From: a virus
Strand: one strand, 5' to 3'
IMG/VR virus record: IMGVR_UViG_3300024581_002111
Coordinates: 14,309 to 78,308 of that record
DNA: 64,000 bases
The first letter of the stretch is position 1. Each line of letters starts with the position of its first letter. The notes under the pieces are model-generated. The model made no database searches. It was not told the DNA's origin and saw nothing but the letters and a program-made list of their open reading frames with translations. A program made the position numbers and the translations under genes. Below, one piece after another: positions 62,836 through 64,000 of this stretch.

Positions 62836-63167
62836 TATAAGTCTGCCTTGATATCCTGCATTGCTTGGCTACCTGCAAGGTCGCCTACATCTACTGTTGC
62901 ATCTGGGTCTGTGTCTATGTCTGCTGGTAGTTCGCTAGCCGGAATAATCTCTTGTGCATTAACACTGCTAGCAAAACCACTTTTATCTACTGCTTGTATT
63001 AATTCGTCTACGGAAGTTGTATAGCCTTGCTTTGCAAGCATGGTTGCAAAACGCTCAGTGGAAATCTTTTTGATATCCCTGGACATCAACTGGCTGAGTA
63101 AGTCTTGCACAGCCTGCACAAGTTCCTCAGCGTAGTTTTCTCGCAATACTACTTCTCTGATTAACAT
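62835..63167 (-). CDS. Acidic head-associated hypothetical protein
   Basis: MLIREVVLRE..., terminal A.QAM.D. Confidence 0.6.
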   Translation of the reverse strand: MLIREVVLRENYAEELVQAVQDLLSQLMSRDIKKISTERFATMLAKQGYTTSVDELIQAVDKSGFASSVNAQEIIPASELPADIDTDPDATVDVGDLAGSQAMQDIKADL

Positions 63168-64000
63168 TTAAATTTCTGCTCTACCTAATGGTTCGTCATC
63201 TGCGCCAGTTTCTGCTGGCAAAGTGCTGTCTAACTCGTCGCCCATTGGGTCTGCATCTAGGCCGCCTAAATCATCGCCGCCTAAATCATCTGCACCAAGT
63301 TCGCCAGTGTCGCCTAAGCCACCAGCCATTTCCTCGCCGCTTAAACTGCCCACTTGCTGATCCAATCCTGCTTTAACATTTTTGCATGCTTCCAAGTGAC
63401 CTTGTAATAATCCAGCAGTGCTGTCAGAGAACGCTTGTGCTTGACTTGCGCCCATCTCTGCTCTCATTTGATCAGCAATAGCAGGAAGATCCTTGTTCAT
63501 CATATCTGAAATACGCTCGATTTGACTTTGGATGTCGTCTGCTAATGCACGAACAGCCATAACAACTTCTGCTTGCTCTACATCAACTTCTTCAGTGATT
63601 AACTCTGCAAGTACGTCATCAAACATGCTTTCTTTTTTAGGTTGCTTCTTCTCGTCTGAAGTATCGCCTGACACTTTATAGGTTTTACCATCTACTTCAA
63701 ACTCTTTTTCGCCAGCATCAATAGCGGCTTTTCTTGCACCAGTAAATTTGTTCTGTTCTGCAATTTTGCGACCAAACATTTGGATACCTGCAACCAACGC
63801 ATCTTCTTCAAGACCGTTGAGGAATCCTACAACTGCATCACGACTCTTACCAGTAATTTCAGCAAACTGTTCTAATTTCTCTTCAATAGCATCGTAGCTG
63901 TCTAAACCTTCTAGTTCAACGCCAACTTCTTTAGCAAGTTCTGCTAACAGTCTGTCGCCTAAGTCTGTGGTTGGGCCTTCTACCATGCCTTCTTCGCTCA
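63168..64000 (-). CDS. Putative prohead core/scaffold-type acidic protein, 5' end beyond the window
   Basis: Frame is open to the window edge. ITEEVDVEQAEVVMA...DDIQ, GEKEFEVDGKTYKV, acidic G/D/L tail. Confidence 0.6.
   Translation of the reverse strand, partial: SEEGMVEGPTTDLGDRLLAELAKEVGVELEGLDSYDAIEEKLEQFAEITGKSRDAVVGFLNGLEEDALVAGIQMFGRKIAEQNKFTGARKAAIDAGEKEFEVDGKTYKVSGDTSDEKKQPKKESMFDDVLAELITEEVDVEQAEVVMAVRALADDIQSQIERISDMMNKDLPAIADQMRAEMGASQAQAFSDSTAGLLQGHLEACKNVKAGLDQQVGSLSGEEMAGGLGDTGELGADDLGGDDLGGLDADPMGDELDSTLPAETGADDEPLGRAEI
63261..63290. repeat. 15-bp tandem repeat (two copies) encoding DDLGG
   Basis: gccgcctaaatcatc x2. Confidence 0.9.

Noticed and set aside
63261-63290. Tandem repeat as a regulatory or CRISPR-like element
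   Set aside because: It has two copies only, is in frame, and encodes DDLGG in an acidic tail. The same applies to the 12-bp VEKI repeat near 19315.

Overview
This window is a fragment of a large T4-like (myovirus, probably jumbo-class) bacteriophage genome. It uses the standard genetic code and many genes have AGGAG/GGAG Shine-Dalgarno sites, which points to an aquatic diderm host, most likely a proteobacterium (inference). Plus-strand genes are almost all late or virion genes behind T4-type (T/G/C/A)ATAAATA promoters: PKD fibre, decoration-like proteins, acidic internal-head polyproteins, subtilase and PAAR. The minus strand carries host-takeover and auxiliary genes: nrdAB/grx, clpS, clpX, hsp20, ribosomal protein bS21, peptide deformylase, sufS, iscU, Prx, Bfr, apt/MTAN, queD, uvsE, an HD hydrolase, a desaturase, a GH6 cellulase, a lipoprotein metalloprotease, many glyco-/sulfo-/methyl-transferases and SGNH proteins, and three tRNAs. 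All sigma70-type promoters I found point leftward. The most striking signal is a layer of translational control. Eight late promoters sit exactly 5 nt before a start codon and three sigma70 promoters exactly 6 nt before one, which predicts leaderless mRNAs in a phage that also encodes its own extended bS21. Alongside this are a ROSE-type RNA thermometer on hsp20, a T4-style RBS-occluding hairpin broken by a late start site, a candidate late ncRNA beside an Sm-like gene, and a probable nested overprinted gene. All calls come from reading motifs by eye. No searches or folding programs were run, and several start codons were re-assigned relative to the ORF track.
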